NCBI GenBank assembly: GCA_951406725.2
Contig: OX597815.1
Location: forward strand, 105,586,001-105,650,000
Length of the DNA stretch: 64,000 bases
Reading direction: 5' to 3'
Origin: Octopus vulgaris
Lineage: Eukaryota
In this document: piece after piece, positions 1 to 12,060 of the stretch
Numbering within the stretch: the first letter of the stretch is position 1
How the letters are laid out: each line of letters begins with the position of its first letter
Notes under the pieces: generated by a model
The model's database searches: none
The model's input: only the letters and a program-made list of their open reading frames with translations
Told to the model about the DNA's origin: nothing
Translations under genes and position numbers: made by a program

Positions 1-231
1 TTAAACCATGTTTGTGTTCTACCAGTCAACAGCCTTATCATTACTGGTACTTTAAACTCTTCGGTTGCATATTTGTGTGTGTCTCAAATTTAGGTTAAAT
101 CAGTGTTTCTCAAAGGGGAGGCCTATGGGACGATCGGATAAGTTGTTTTGAGAAAATTTGGTTTAAATGTTTGACACCTCAGCACCGTTCATTGGACGGT
201 GGTGGGAGGAGCATTTTGCTCGTATATATAT

Positions 232-356
232 TCTTTCTTTTATTCTTTTACTTGTTTCAGTCATTTGACTGTGGCCATGCAGGACCATCGTCTTTAGTCG
301 AACAAATCGAATCCGAGGACTTATTCTTTGTAAGTATAGTACTTATTCTATCGTTT
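232..356 (-). mobile_element. 3' fragment of SINE family A (tRNA-head SINE)
   Basis: Reverse complement matches the 3' part of the copies at 2231-2632 and 60056-60478 (gatagaataagtact...gcagtcaaatgactgaaacaagtaaaag). Confidence 0.75.
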
Positions 357-576
357 TCTATATCGAACGATACAGTAAATCTTCTTAATACATCGTTTAC
401 AATCGTTTCATCGTTAACCAATGTAATCATCTTGTTACAGGTTGTAGCCATGTCGGCAGCTGTCGATTAATTCCCACATACTACATAGGGTTTCTCTTGT
501 AGCATATGGTGATGATGATTCCTCAGAACTTCGTAAAACATAATATGCTGATATATGTGTGTGTATGCGTGTGTGA

Positions 577-609
<33 letters not shown>

Positions 610-1341
610 TGGTGCGTGTGTATATGTGTGGTGGTGGTGGTGGTGGTGGTGCAGTATGGTAGAATGGTTAAAAATTTCTTTCCACAATTACAAGGCCAAA
701 TTCGATTTCACTATGCGACTTATTGAACAAATGTCATAATCCATAGCTTCAAGTTGACCTATATTTTATGAATTTAGCTGAGTAGACTGAAATTATATCG
801 TAGCTCGTTTTCTACCAGCAATCCAAAAGCCTTGTTTTACACAATCATTGCACCACGCTGATTCTGTACGCCAAGGGCACACATTAATTCCAGAATAGTT
901 TATTGCATTTATTAAACAACTGAATTTCACAGCCGAACGACGGAGATCCACAACTAAATGTATGATAATGACAGCTGACTAAAGTTAACGGTTTAGTGGT
1001 TATTTCTAAGGAAGAACATCGTGTTTTCAAGAACTGTCTTTCTATAATTTATATGCAAATATCTACTGAGCACGTGCAAACTACGAAAATAGATATAACA
1101 TCTCTCGATACGTATATATTAATTAGAAGGAAGGAGAGAAAGAAAGAGACAACACAAGGAATGGGTCTGTGCATACTTTTGCGTGCTTTGTACCTATGTA
1201 TATAGATGTGATCTGTATGTATATGGAAATATATACATCTCACCATTCGAATATTCACAGTTAATGCACGATTTCTGTGCAAGCAATTTAAATGATATTA
1301 GCTACTCAGGAAACAAATTATACAAATCTAGCAAGTAATAC

Positions 1342-2374
1342 ACAGGAGTAGCTATGTGGTAAGTAGCTTGCTTACCAGCCTCGAGAAAGACAGAAAAAGA
1401 AGGATCCGAAGGCTGCGGAAGGGAGGGAAGACCTTTTGGATAAAGCGGAAGAACTCCACCCTCCCATGGCTCAAGGAGGAAAAAAAAGAAGAAATAGAAA
1501 AACGGAACATTGCCGGTGGTTTGTGATACACTACCGGTGTGTCCCGAAGCACCTACGGTAGGAGTTGTGCCACCGAAGATGGAAACTGTAGACCCCTCCC
1601 ATGATGTGGAGGAGGAATTTGTGCTCCTCTTCCATAAGGGAGAGACATTAGAAATCTTCATTATGGAGTTTAAAAAGAAAGGCCGCAGGGAGGGGATTCT
1701 GTCCTGCACAGAGGACCCTGATTGGCCTTCGCAGGTGGCTGCGGATGTCATATGGGCAACCGATATGTGCAGGATAGTGAACTCCTTCCCAGAGGACACT
1801 TTTAGATTTGTGTTAAAACAGCCCGACTTGGCACCGTCTAGGTGTTTGACTAAAGCGAGGAACCTGGAAGGGTTATAACTGACAATAAAAGTAAGAGGTT
1901 TAGTGCCTCATTGCTATTGTATTTTTATTGTATTGAGTTGTGTAAGAGGTTTATTGCCTCATAAATGGTTTGTGTATTGTAAAAAATGTAAGAGGTTAAT
2001 GATTTTTGTATAAAACTGAAAAATGTAAGAGGTTTGCTGCCTCGTTAAGGAATTTTTATATTGTGAAAAATGTAAGAGGTTTTTTGCCTCGAGTATGAAA
2101 CTTAAAAAGAACTATGTTCTCGAGTAAACAGCAATCAGCAGGCATTGCCCTCATTTATCACAATTTCGTTTGTCATTCATATCATTATGTCTATGTCTAG
2201 CCCGTAGTTTCATTTCTATGTAATGAACAAAAGTAGCTTGCTTACCAGCCACATGGTTCCGGGTTCATTCCCACTGCCTGGCACCTTGGGCAAGTGTCTT
2301 CTACTATAGCCTCGGGCCGGCCAAAGCCTTGTAAGTGAATTTGATAGACGGAATCTGAAAGAATCGTGTCGTAC

Positions 2375-2421
<47 letters not shown>

Positions 2422-2632
2422 TGTGTGTGTGAGTGTTTCTGTGTTTGTCCTCTCCAACATCGCTTGACAACTGATACTGATGTGTTTACGTCCCCGTAAC
2501 TTAGCGGTTCGGCAAAATACACCGATAGAATAAGTACTAAGCTTACAAACAATAAGTCCTGGGGTTGATTTGCTCGACTAAAGGCGGTGCCCCAGCATGG
2601 CAGCAGTCAAATGACTGAAACAAATAAAAAAT
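1342..2632 (+). mobile_element. SINE family A (tRNA-derived head, CORE-like ggcaccttgggcaagt segment), split by an 850-bp insertion
   Basis: Head 1342-1380 resumes at 2251 after the duplicated aagtagcttgcttaccagcc; B-box-like ggttcattccc; internal (TG)n; same layout as uninterrupted copies at 60056 and 63875. Confidence 0.85.
1381..2230 (+). mobile_element. 5'-truncated retroposed insert with 20-bp TSD, a partial non-RT ORF (to 1878) and a 3' hairpin array
   Basis: Exact direct repeats 1361-1380 and 2231-2250; ORF 1510-1878 preceded by a frameshifted K/R/E-rich stretch; 5 copies of gtaagaggtt..(gcctc) at 1891-2090. Confidence 0.75.
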
Positions 2633-2875
2633 ACAGAATTATTAGCACACGACATATATGATGTACATATACATTCATGCATACATATAAAGTATATAAA
2701 AATACTGTATAAAAGATCGTGGGAAAGGCCAAAACAATGCGAAGTAAATGCAAGGTAAATCACAAGAAAACAAATATGTGAATTAATGCAGACTTACCTT
2801 GAATTCAATATTTCAAGAAATTGACGAATGTTGCCGATGTGCGTGTGTTGAGTGGACATGTGCAGAAGGGCGTTG

Positions 2876-3780
2876 CTATAGCAACCAGCTAGCTTCCTGT
2901 AAGTCCCTTCTATTATTAATCTTGGGTTTCTTTTGGTGTGTGACGATAGCCTCAGAGATTCTAAGGTTGCCCCTGTTCCGCTGTGTTGCCTTGATGTGCA
3001 CTGTGAACTCCCGGGTCTGGCATTTCCGTAGATGTTTCTTCACGGAAGTATCTGCCTGCATGTGTTCCTTAATGTGTACATGCAGTTTTCATGTCGTGCG
3101 TCCGATGTAGGATGCGCCACATTTTCCACAGATGAGCATATATACGACATAGGTCCTCTGGTACAATGCAAGGTCATTTATGAAGCAGTTCGACAATGTG
3201 CACTCCTCAGAGTAGTGAGAGGTGTTGTTCTTGGACAGAACTTTCTCGGGGAACGGCCGATGTGCACTATCTGTATGTCGAGTTCTTCCCTGCGGACTAC
3301 ATGTTGTATCGCTGCAGTAGTTCTGTAGTCAAAACGTGGTAGCTTTAGGAAGCACGTGCTATACTTGGGAGTATGCTGGTTCTCCAGCTCTACGTTTATT
3401 TCACTTCGAAGAGGGTATCACTGCCATTCAATGTAATACATGCCAAATACCACCAGTTATCCAAACTTGGTGTAACTCTATCTAAATGTCACAGGTCTTT
3501 CTCCCTAAATATGTCGAGTAGAGTGTGAGTTCCCGGTCGCGTATGGAAATTAGGAAGTGTTTCAGTACGAGACCTTCGCTGTTGACGAGTACCTCCACGC
3601 TCCTGAACTGTTTGATTCTGGTCAGATTATCTATATCCACCCATATTTCTTTGAAGGCTTTTTTTCCACCTGGGCGTATGTCACGGCTTCTAGACGTCAG
3701 GATTTAGCCGACACACAGCGATACACCACTGTCTTCCAGGCAATTGTTGCCAAAACCTCGGCTGGGAGGTCAACTTGTGC
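2876..3780 (-). mobile_element. Penelope-like retroelement (PLE) relic: C-terminal GIY-YIG endonuclease and degraded upstream region
   Basis: Minus-strand translation VVYMLICGKCGASYIGRTT*KLHVHIKEH...KHLRKC...LRISEAIVTHQKKPKINNR fits the PLE GIY-YIG pattern; stops present. Confidence 0.8.
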
Positions 3781-3939
3781 TCTCCTTCTTATTCAACTTC
3801 GCAATTTATTTCGCTTGTGCCATCTTCACAATTTACTTCTTTGTCGTTTAGAGTGAACCAGAAGAATTGTGTTCATTTCTCAACCATTCCAGTAAAACAT
3901 CGTCTGCCTGTAAAGTCGCCCCGACCACTTCGTCACCGT

Positions 3940-4125
3940 CATTCTTGTTATTGCAGCTGCTGCTGTGATTGTTGTTACTATTGTTGCTGCTGCTGTTGTT
4001 ATTATTGTTATCGTTACTGCTGCTGTTGTTGTTACTGTTGTTGTTGCTGCCGCTATCAATGTTATTTGTGTGTTAAGAACATTGTCATTATCATTGCTAT
4101 TATTATCCTTTGTTGTTGTTGTTGC
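3940..4125. repeat. Degenerate (TGT/TGC/TAT)n trinucleotide microsatellite
   Basis: Visible directly; source of the spurious poly-Cys ORF 3775-4368. Confidence 0.9.
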
Positions 4126-4436
4126 TCTTTTCCTTCTTTTAGTGTTCATGGAGATCTTGGGCGGTGGGGTTCCTTGATTATCCGTAGAGGTTTTCCTGTA
4201 TCAATAGAATTTCATCACAATCACTCACTTCCTTTTTCACCTCTGTGTACTATGTATAGTTCCCTTCGTTTTCATTGTATACCCTGTACACTTACCCCAA
4301 ATTTTTGTTTTTTATTTATTTTATCATTTCATGTTATGAAAACCCCCACGCTTTGTGCTTGTCTTTGAATTGTCTCGTTTATCCTCTGCCCTGGTGGCAA
4401 ATAAATGAAATCATTATCATCATTATTATTATTATT

Positions 4437-4610
4437 GCCTTGCACAGCTTCTAATGCTGGAGATGTACTACAGTGTCAGTTATTTTTCGAGCACCTTCCG
4501 GAGTATTCGAGCTGTTCCAAGCAGTACTGTTTTCTGCAAGTGCTCCACCTTTATTGCAGCCCCTATTTGTTCCATGTACTTCTCGAGACTTTTGCTCACT
4601 GTTCCCAGGA
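4437..4610 (-). mobile_element. 5'-truncated 3' end of an R4/Dong-type (REL endonuclease) LINE next to (TAA)n
   Basis: Minus-strand LGTVSKSLEKYMEQIGAAIKVEHLQKTVLLGTARILRKVLEK*, then short UTR and a TAA/TGA tail at 4410-4436. Confidence 0.75.
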
Positions 4611-4697
4611 AGCATCGACGCCTTCTGATGGCACTGAAATTTAGATATATACATTACGAGTCGAGACAAATGTCGTCAGCTGACCGGTGTCTGCTAC

Positions 4698-4742
4698 TCT
4701 AGGCCGACGAAGGACAATCATCCTGAAACACGTGTCCCTAGA
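4698..4742 (+). ncRNA. Type I hammerhead ribozyme motif (variant core CCGACGA)
   Basis: Stem I tctagg/cctaga; core ccgacga; stem II agga-caatca-tcct; gaaa; palindromic stem III acacgtgt; GUC cleavage triplet ending at 4736. Confidence 0.8.
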
Positions 4743-5360
4743 TGCAGCCCGGGCGGCTGGGGGTATTTGTCTCCCCTTCGTAAATGTATATAAGGACACA
4801 GGAAAAATGTGTCAAAGCCATCAGGAGGCGTCGATGCTTCCTAGGGCTAAACAGCGGTGGTGTACCCCCCTACTGTCACGTTCGTGTTAGATTGACAGTA
4901 TACAACCATTCTAGAAATATAGAGAAAAGGTAGAATGTTGAATCACCTCAGTCTCTTGGTTTTTCCGTCTTTTAGGCAGTTCTTTATCGATTGTTACGTG
5001 ACTTCAAATACACAAGAAAAGTTTCATTTAATTTTTAAGCTTTTTTTTTTCTTGATTTCGTTCAATTCATATATTATGTTTTTACACTTATCAAGATAGA
5101 GAAGTACGTATATTAACCGTTCTATGCGTGCTTCTGTTTGCCATCGCCTTCAATTTTGACCACTCTGTGACCGCCGGCATACATTCACAAACTCATTTCC
5201 TATATTTTCGACTTTAAAAAAATCCAGATTTATAGATCTTACTTAGGAATGCAATATTATATTAATGAGATCAATTAACAGGGAAATTGTAATTGGAATT
5301 TTACTTTTATTATTACCACAAAATGAATTCAAAAATAGTTCGAACATTATCTTATTCGAG

Positions 5361-5402
<42 letters not shown>

Positions 5403-5403
5403 G

Positions 5404-5435
<32 letters not shown>

Positions 5436-5470
5436 GCCGTCGTCGTCGTCGTCATCATCATTATTATTAA
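5361..5470. repeat. Compound (ATT)n(ATC)n(GTC)n microsatellite at the LINE 3' end
   Basis: Visible directly. Confidence 0.95.
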
Positions 5471-6707
5471 TGCGCTAGTGCATGCTAATTTATTTAGAAG
5501 GTTCTTAAGATTCTTGCAGAATATAGGAAGGAATTTTTCTGCAAGTCGACAATGCGAGTTTCAATTCCCATTTCTTTCGGTCTTTTGGGTTGCATTTTGG
5601 GTGTTTTGCCAAGTGCACCAATTACTACAGAAATAATTGTTGTCTTGGTCTTCTACAGTCTCTTCAGCTCTCTTTCAGGACTGGTATTTCTCAATTTTTT
5701 TCTATTTCTTTGGTATCGACTCTGCTATTATAGGGAATTGCAAAATCTATGATGTTGCACCGTTTGCTTATTTTGTCCTCTATAATTACGTCTGGTCTTC
5801 TTGTCTCAATAGTATGGTCAGTCTTTATGGCGAAACCCCACAAGGTATTGTAAGTTTCATTTTCTATCAGTCACTGGTTCTTGTTCATGCAACCTTTCCA
5901 TTGTTTTGAAGACAACAAGTCGTTTGCCTACTCAGTCATGTCCGAGCTTGTATTCCTTTTATGCTAGTATACTGCATTCACTCAAAATGTGATTGATACA
6001 CTCGCCTTTCTTGCAGATTTTACATTTGCTGTCTGACTGATTTTTGTCGGTCTTCGCCTTTATCAGATTTGTTCTAGGGCTTCCTCCTGAGCGACAATAA
6101 TTAACGTTTCTGTTTCTCGTTTCAAGTTACCGTTCGCCAAACAAAGCCAGTGAGCTTCAGTTCCAGTTTGTTGCATGAATTGGCCATTTGTTCTTTCCAT
6201 TTCTTCATTCTGTTGTGCTTCCTTTCCTTTTTGAATTCTCCTACTGTTCCAGTCATTATTTGGGTATTTCTGGCTTCCAAAAGTATTCTTTCTTTACTCA
6301 GTACAACACAATTTTTCAGACCCAATATCGCATTTCCAACAGTGTCTCCTGCGTTTAGTAATCCTCTACCACCTTCCTTTTTTTTTTTTTTTTGGTAGCT
6401 AGAGTCAGTCGGTATTACTTTTAGGGTGGAGTGCATTATGCAGTGTGAGCAGCTTTCTAGTTCTTCTATCCAAGTTCTGTAGGTCAACCTTTGTCCATTT
6501 CAGAAATACTGGCATGCCTATGTCTTCATGGCTTTAATGATGTTCCCTCCATTTAATTTTGTTTCGAACACCTTCCAAATTCTCCTCTTGTGCTCTTTAG
6601 TGACTTTCCCATTTCCCCATCCATTCCCCTATAGTCTTGCAGCACATCTGGATATTTGTACTCATTATTCCACAGTGATTTAATGACGTTGCCTTGTGGT
6701 AAATATA

Positions 6708-7996
6708 CGAGGGGCGTTCAATAAGTAATGCCTCTGACCCACTTGCATTTGTTTGATCTAGCTGAAATTTTGCATGTGCAATTACCTATATCTCTATATA
6801 TTAAGTGGCAAATTACTGCTCTGACCTAATTGTGGTTTCTGATTTACAGGTGTTTGAACTGAGTCAAGTGTGAAACGGAGCCTGTTGAATGTCGAGCAGT
6901 GATGCGGTTTTTGTATTTGAAAGGACGCACACCACGGGAGACTTTTGATGAAATAAAAGTAACTTATGGTGATGATGCCCCATCATATGACCTTGTAAAA
7001 CGCTGGCAGCGTGAATTCAAACATGGTCGGAACTTTGTGGAAACAGCTCCCAGATCTGGTCGCCCCCTTCTGCCATTGATGAGGCATCTGTCCGTCAAGT
7101 TGAGGCTGCCATTTTGGAAGATCGACGCATAACTATTCGCCAAATAGCCCATGAGGTCAAGATTAGTACCGGGTCTGTGGAAACTATCATTCATGACCAT
7201 TTGCATATGCAAAAGGTGTCTGCCAGATGGATTCCCAGGCTGCTCACACCTTTCCAGAAGCAAGAACGCGTCGATAGCGCGAGGATGAATTTGAAGATGT
7301 GCCAAGAAGATGAGTCAAAATTTTTCAAAAGACTGATTACACAGGATGAAACCTGGGTCCATCACTATGATCCAGAGACCAAAGCCCAGTCAATGCAGTG
7401 GAAGCACCGTGACTCACCTCCTCCAAAGAAGGCAAGGGTGCAGCCCTCCGCTGGCAAGGTCATGCTCACAGTCTTCTGGGACCAGGACGGAGTAGTGATG
7501 ACAGATTTCTTGGCAAAGGGTGCCACAATTACAGGAGTCTATTATGCTTCACTTTTGAGGAAATTAAGAGAAGCTATCAAAATCAAGAGGTGGGGCAAGA
7601 TCAGCAAAGGCATCCTCCTCCTGCAGGACAACGCTCCGATCCACAACTCGCGTGTCGCCAGATCAGAAGCACAGGCGTGCGGCTATGAACTCATCCCCCA
7701 TTCTCCCTACTCTCCTGACCTGCACCCTCTGATTTTCACCTCTTCCCAGCCATGAAGTTGTTTTTGAAAGGAAAGCGTTTCCCAGATGATGCAGCCTTGA
7801 TTTCTGAAGTCACGTCGTGGTTGGAGGACCAAGCTGGGGTCTTCTACAAAAACGGTCTTCAGAGCTGCATCAAACGATGGGAGAAATGCGTAACTCTGGG
7901 TGGTTCCTATGTAGAAAAAGACTAATAACTGCCAAGTTTCGTTGCTCTACTGCTATGGGAAGTGGGTCAGGGGCATTATTCATTGAACGCCCCTCG
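6708..7996 (+). mobile_element. Mariner (DD34D) DNA transposon, full length, transposase frameshifted
   Basis: ~37-bp TIRs cgaggggcgttcaataagtaatgcctctgacccactt; TA TSD at 6706-7 and 7997-8; WIPRLL, TQDETW, LLQDNA and YSPDL(A)PSD with 34 aa between the last two D. Confidence 0.97.
6877..7928 (+). pseudogene. Mariner transposase pseudogene (ORF pieces 6899-7132 and 7114-7755)
   Basis: ACG at the presumed start; 1-nt losses near 7065 (GRP) and 7722 (PDLAP). Confidence 0.9.
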
Positions 7997-8518
7997 TATA
8001 CCATGAGAATATACATCTCGGTCTCTGCACATGGTACTGCGTATTTATCTACCGCAAACTGCATTTCAGTATCTTTACTAAATATTCTTATTGTTTACAT
8101 TAGAGAATCCAGGTCTGCCTTTTTTTTTTTTTTTGTATTTTTCTGTATTTATCTTAATGTCGTCCATATAAAGTTAGTGATTCATCTTGGTTTTGGTAAA
8201 CGCATAGGCTGGCCTGGATTTTCTTAGTATATTTGTCAGAGGGATTAGCGCAATACCAAAGAGTGACGAAGAGAGCGAGTCTGCATGGAAAATGCCCCGG
8301 CATATTTGCATGTTTCCTATCGATTCATTTGCACATCAGTTCCATTTTCTATTCTCTCATTGCTTTCTCCAAAAAGTTTCTTACCATCTCATTGATTCCG
8401 AGTGTCCTCAGACATTCCAAGAGCCAGCTGTGCGGGACACAGTCCTAGGCCTTCATATACTCTATCCATACAACAGCTAAATTCTTCCTCCTTACTCCTA
8501 GCACATTTATTATGCTGG

Positions 8519-8586
<68 letters not shown>

Positions 8587-8628
8587 CAGCTCGGCAGTTC
8601 CTCTCGATTTCTTCCTACATCCCTTATC

Positions 8629-8952
8629 GAGGCCAAAATCCACCCCGATGTCATTGCTAAACTCTTTAGCTATTATTAGCAGCCCTACTAACTCTCGGTC
8701 ATTTCTAGCAAACGGCTTCAGATCGTCCATATAAAACAGATAGTTTATTATAGTGTTATAAATTATTATAGTGTCATAAATTTTGTACCTACACTTGGTG
8801 TTATTCAGTTCGTTTGAGAGTGAGATCAGTGCCATGCACAGGAGTAATGGGGAGAGGGAGCTACCTTGAAAAATGCCACGTTTGATGTTGTGGTTGTTGG
8901 ATTGGCTCATTCCATTACTATGGTTTAGAAAAAGTGTGTTCCACTTGGCCAT
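8629..8952 (-). mobile_element. Second, divergent R4/Dong-type RT fragment fused to the 5' end of the first
   Basis: IKRGIFQGSSLSPLLLCMAL...YMDDLKPFA...FSNDIGVDFGLDK in ORF 8389-8952. Confidence 0.8.
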
Positions 8953-9490
8953 GCCACCTTGTAAGAATTTGGATTGGGGTAAAATATACGAAGCCCCGTA
9001 TACTCATCATGACTACCCGTCTGATAAGGGTACGCCAGGCACATGCATCACAACCATATGTGAGCGACATGGTAATCTCATATCAAGATAAACAGCACAT
9101 CACCTTGCAGGTGGAGCCCAGTTAGAATTTTCTCCAGGTCGAGTAACCCACCCCGATCAAAAGATCCCTGAATAAGGGTTGTTTAAGGATGTTGAACGAA
9201 ACACCCATGTTTCCAGAGGTAAATTATTCAAACCGCAAAGAATTCCTCTCAACACATGGCTATGATGCTCTCCCACTACTTCTGCTCATGATCAGAGAGG
9301 TACTTAATGTCAGCCACTAAGGGACATGCTCAGCTGGTTATGGTCAAGCAACTGACAAGCAAATTTGTGATGAGCAGAATATTTGTTGTAGCCCTTCTTT
9401 TACACGAAGTCAAAACATGTACATGATAACACTTCAAATCAGTTAAGATCATAAACCATGAGATCCACTGCCTGGTACTGCATCAGGGTA
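8953..9490. repeat. Unclassified ~540-bp interspersed repeat
   Basis: Complex, moderately GC sequence between a LINE and a SINE; resembles from memory a common octopus repeat; single copy here. Confidence 0.35.
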
Positions 9491-9501
9491 TTTATTATCA
9501 T

Positions 9502-9688
9502 CGCGAGCTGGCAGGATCGTTAGAACACCCGGCGAAATGCTTAGCGGTATTTCGTCTGCCGCTACGTTCTGAATTAAAATTCCATCCTCTTTAGGTTGAT
9601 AAATTAAGTACAAGCTAAAGACTGGGGTTGATGTAATCGACTATCCCCTCCCCCAGAATGGCTGCCCTTGTGGCAAAATTTGGAACCA
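9502..9688 (+). mobile_element. SINE family B (tRNA-like head), internally deleted, with (ATT)n tail
   Basis: gcgagctggcaggatcgttag...gaaatgcttagcggtatttcg matches many copies in the window. Confidence 0.75.
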
Positions 9689-9707
9689 CTATTATTATTA
9701 TTATTAC

Positions 9708-9762
<55 letters not shown>

Positions 9763-9781
9763 GTTGTTATTGTTATTATTT

Positions 9782-9864
<83 letters not shown>
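9689..9864. repeat. (ATT)n followed by (CT)n microsatellites
   Basis: Visible directly. Confidence 0.95.
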
Positions 9865-9867
<3 letters not shown>

Positions 9868-10029
9868 CATCCACCTACCTACCTAGATGTCTATTTGTTA
9901 TCTGTTTGATGCAAGAAGGAAAATATTTCGCTATGTACGTTCGTTATTTTCTTTCTCTATCTTTGTTTCTTTCATTGGTTCTTTCTTTTCTGTCTTTCTT
10001 TCTTGTTTGAATGTCTCTAAATCTCAGAG

Positions 10030-10131
10030 AAAGCACACACACACATGCATACGCGCATACTTAACACACACGCATACACATACACACACACGCACATATA
10101 TATACACACACACATATATATATACACACAC

Positions 10132-10164
<33 letters not shown>

Positions 10165-10250
10165 CATACATACATACATACATACATACATAATACATAC
10201 ATACATACATACATACATACATACATACATACATACATACATACATACAC
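10030..10250. repeat. (CA)n/(CATA)n microsatellite
   Basis: Visible directly. Confidence 0.95.
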
Positions 10251-10716
10251 GTATACAATTTACATACAGAGATGAATATTCGCACATATGATTCCATTTC
10301 CGTTATTTATCCTGATTTTTATATATTTCCTATTTAACTTATAATTTTGATTTGTATAATCTTGGGGTCATTCTATTGCAGAAGTTGTATAATATAAATG
10401 TACTTAGTTACACACGTTAATAATACTGTTAAGTTATAGTATGAGAATAATGAGATTGCATACATACATTTTGGAGAATGATTGTAGATGTTTACTTAGA
10501 GAAAGTTGTGCTCTGCGTGGCATCACATATTTGACATGTTTATGAGATTTCAAGATTTTTATATATGACCTTTGTTAAAGTTAACCTTACATTCATATTC
10601 TTCTCTGCATCAGGTCCATTTTATACATAGATCAATTAGTCACTACTCATACATCAGCAAGTAAGTTATATATATACATACATATATATATATATATATA
10701 TACATATATACGTATG

Positions 10717-10755
<39 letters not shown>

Positions 10756-11352
10756 TACGTATGTATTACGTATATGTATATATACTCACATACACACGCA
10801 CACACACATACATTTTTTAAATGCAAAGTGTCCGATGATTGCACAAAAGTTTCGAAACTGGTAAGTCAAGGCCTGTCGATTTCTCCTTGGGAACTGACAT
10901 ACAGGTTTCGATACTTTTGTACAATCGTCTATTTTACATTCAACATGGAGGATTGGAAAGGAGATTTAATCCAAAGAGTTCGATAAGTTCAGTTGAAGTA
11001 GGAAATAAAGAATCTAGCATTATGGATTATTTTTCCTTGTCAGAGAGTATAGTATTTGTTCTGGCTCTTTACATACTGAGTTCAAATTGGCAACTTTGTT
11101 TCCCATCATTCAGAAGTCGTTATAACAAAGTACTGGGGAAATTTAATCGACTGCTGCTTTATGCTAACATGCAATGTGTTAGTATGGTTTAGAAGAGCCA
11201 AAGTCTTCACTTAATCATAAGTAAAGTGACACACCGGTTGCAATTACTCTGTTGTCACATTATACTATCAATGCCAACATAACACTAACGCGTACACATT
11301 CACTCACACACACATATTCACTCGTATACACATGCACGAACATTCATTCACG

Positions 11353-11384
<32 letters not shown>

Positions 11385-12060
11385 TATTCACTCATTCATA
11401 TACCCTCTCTAAAACAAAAACTAACAAACCTCATTAAAAGAGGTAATTGAAAAGGGAAAATGAAGGATTTTTAGTCCGTGTCACTCTATCGATTCTGCCA
11501 TCCGTCACTTCCTAAAGGATATGAATTTTAATTCTAAGGGAGGCTGGATGAGAGCAGCGAACAGTATGACAGTATTTAACTACGTCCCTTTACGTCTTTA
11601 GTTCAAATTCCGCTGGCGTATCGATATAGCTTCCGAACCTGATAAAATAAGTATCAGTAATATATTGGTATATATGGTGTTGGTTAATGTGGAGCCACGT
11701 GCCGCTATAATAAAGTATTATTAGTATCATTGACGACAATAGAATAGTGGTATGCATTTTAGTTGTAGTTACTAAAAAATTTCCAGGGAAAGATTTACCT
11801 TCCGCTCATCCGTAATTCATAAACGGAGGAAGTGCAATATGGGGAGTGACTCATACTATAAATAGCTGGTAGTTGCAATTCTGCACTCATTGCGTAACAT
11901 CTTGAACAAGTGCTATTTATAGTATCCCCAGATTGAACTAACTTTTGAATGAAATTGAGTAGACGGAAATTGTGTGGAAGCTCGTTTCATGGATTATTCC
12001 CCTAATTCAAAAATCCAGCTTTGTCGCACACTCTGTCCCGCTGATTCTTCTTGGGAATTA

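Larger units (their letters stand above)
5468..8628 (-). mobile_element. Degraded R4/Dong-clade non-LTR retrotransposon (RT, CCHC, REL endonuclease), interrupted by a mariner and a (TA)n expansion
   Basis: Minus-strand motifs in order: KGCRKKSRGT, NLAVVWIEYMKA*DCVPHSW, RGIFHADSLS, LYMDDIK, EGGRGLL, ETETLIIVAQEEAL, CKICKK..HILSEC, RRPDVII..IIDFAIP, VVIGALG, SARILRTF*; 3' end abuts TAA repeats. Confidence 0.85.

Noticed and set aside
7114-7755. SETMAR-like host gene
   Set aside because: Transposase domain only, inside TIRs, frameshifted, no SET domain
9430-9490. Resemblance to U2 snRNA (atcagttaagatc, cctggtactgca)
   Set aside because: Two short patches only; no branch-point pairing region or Sm site
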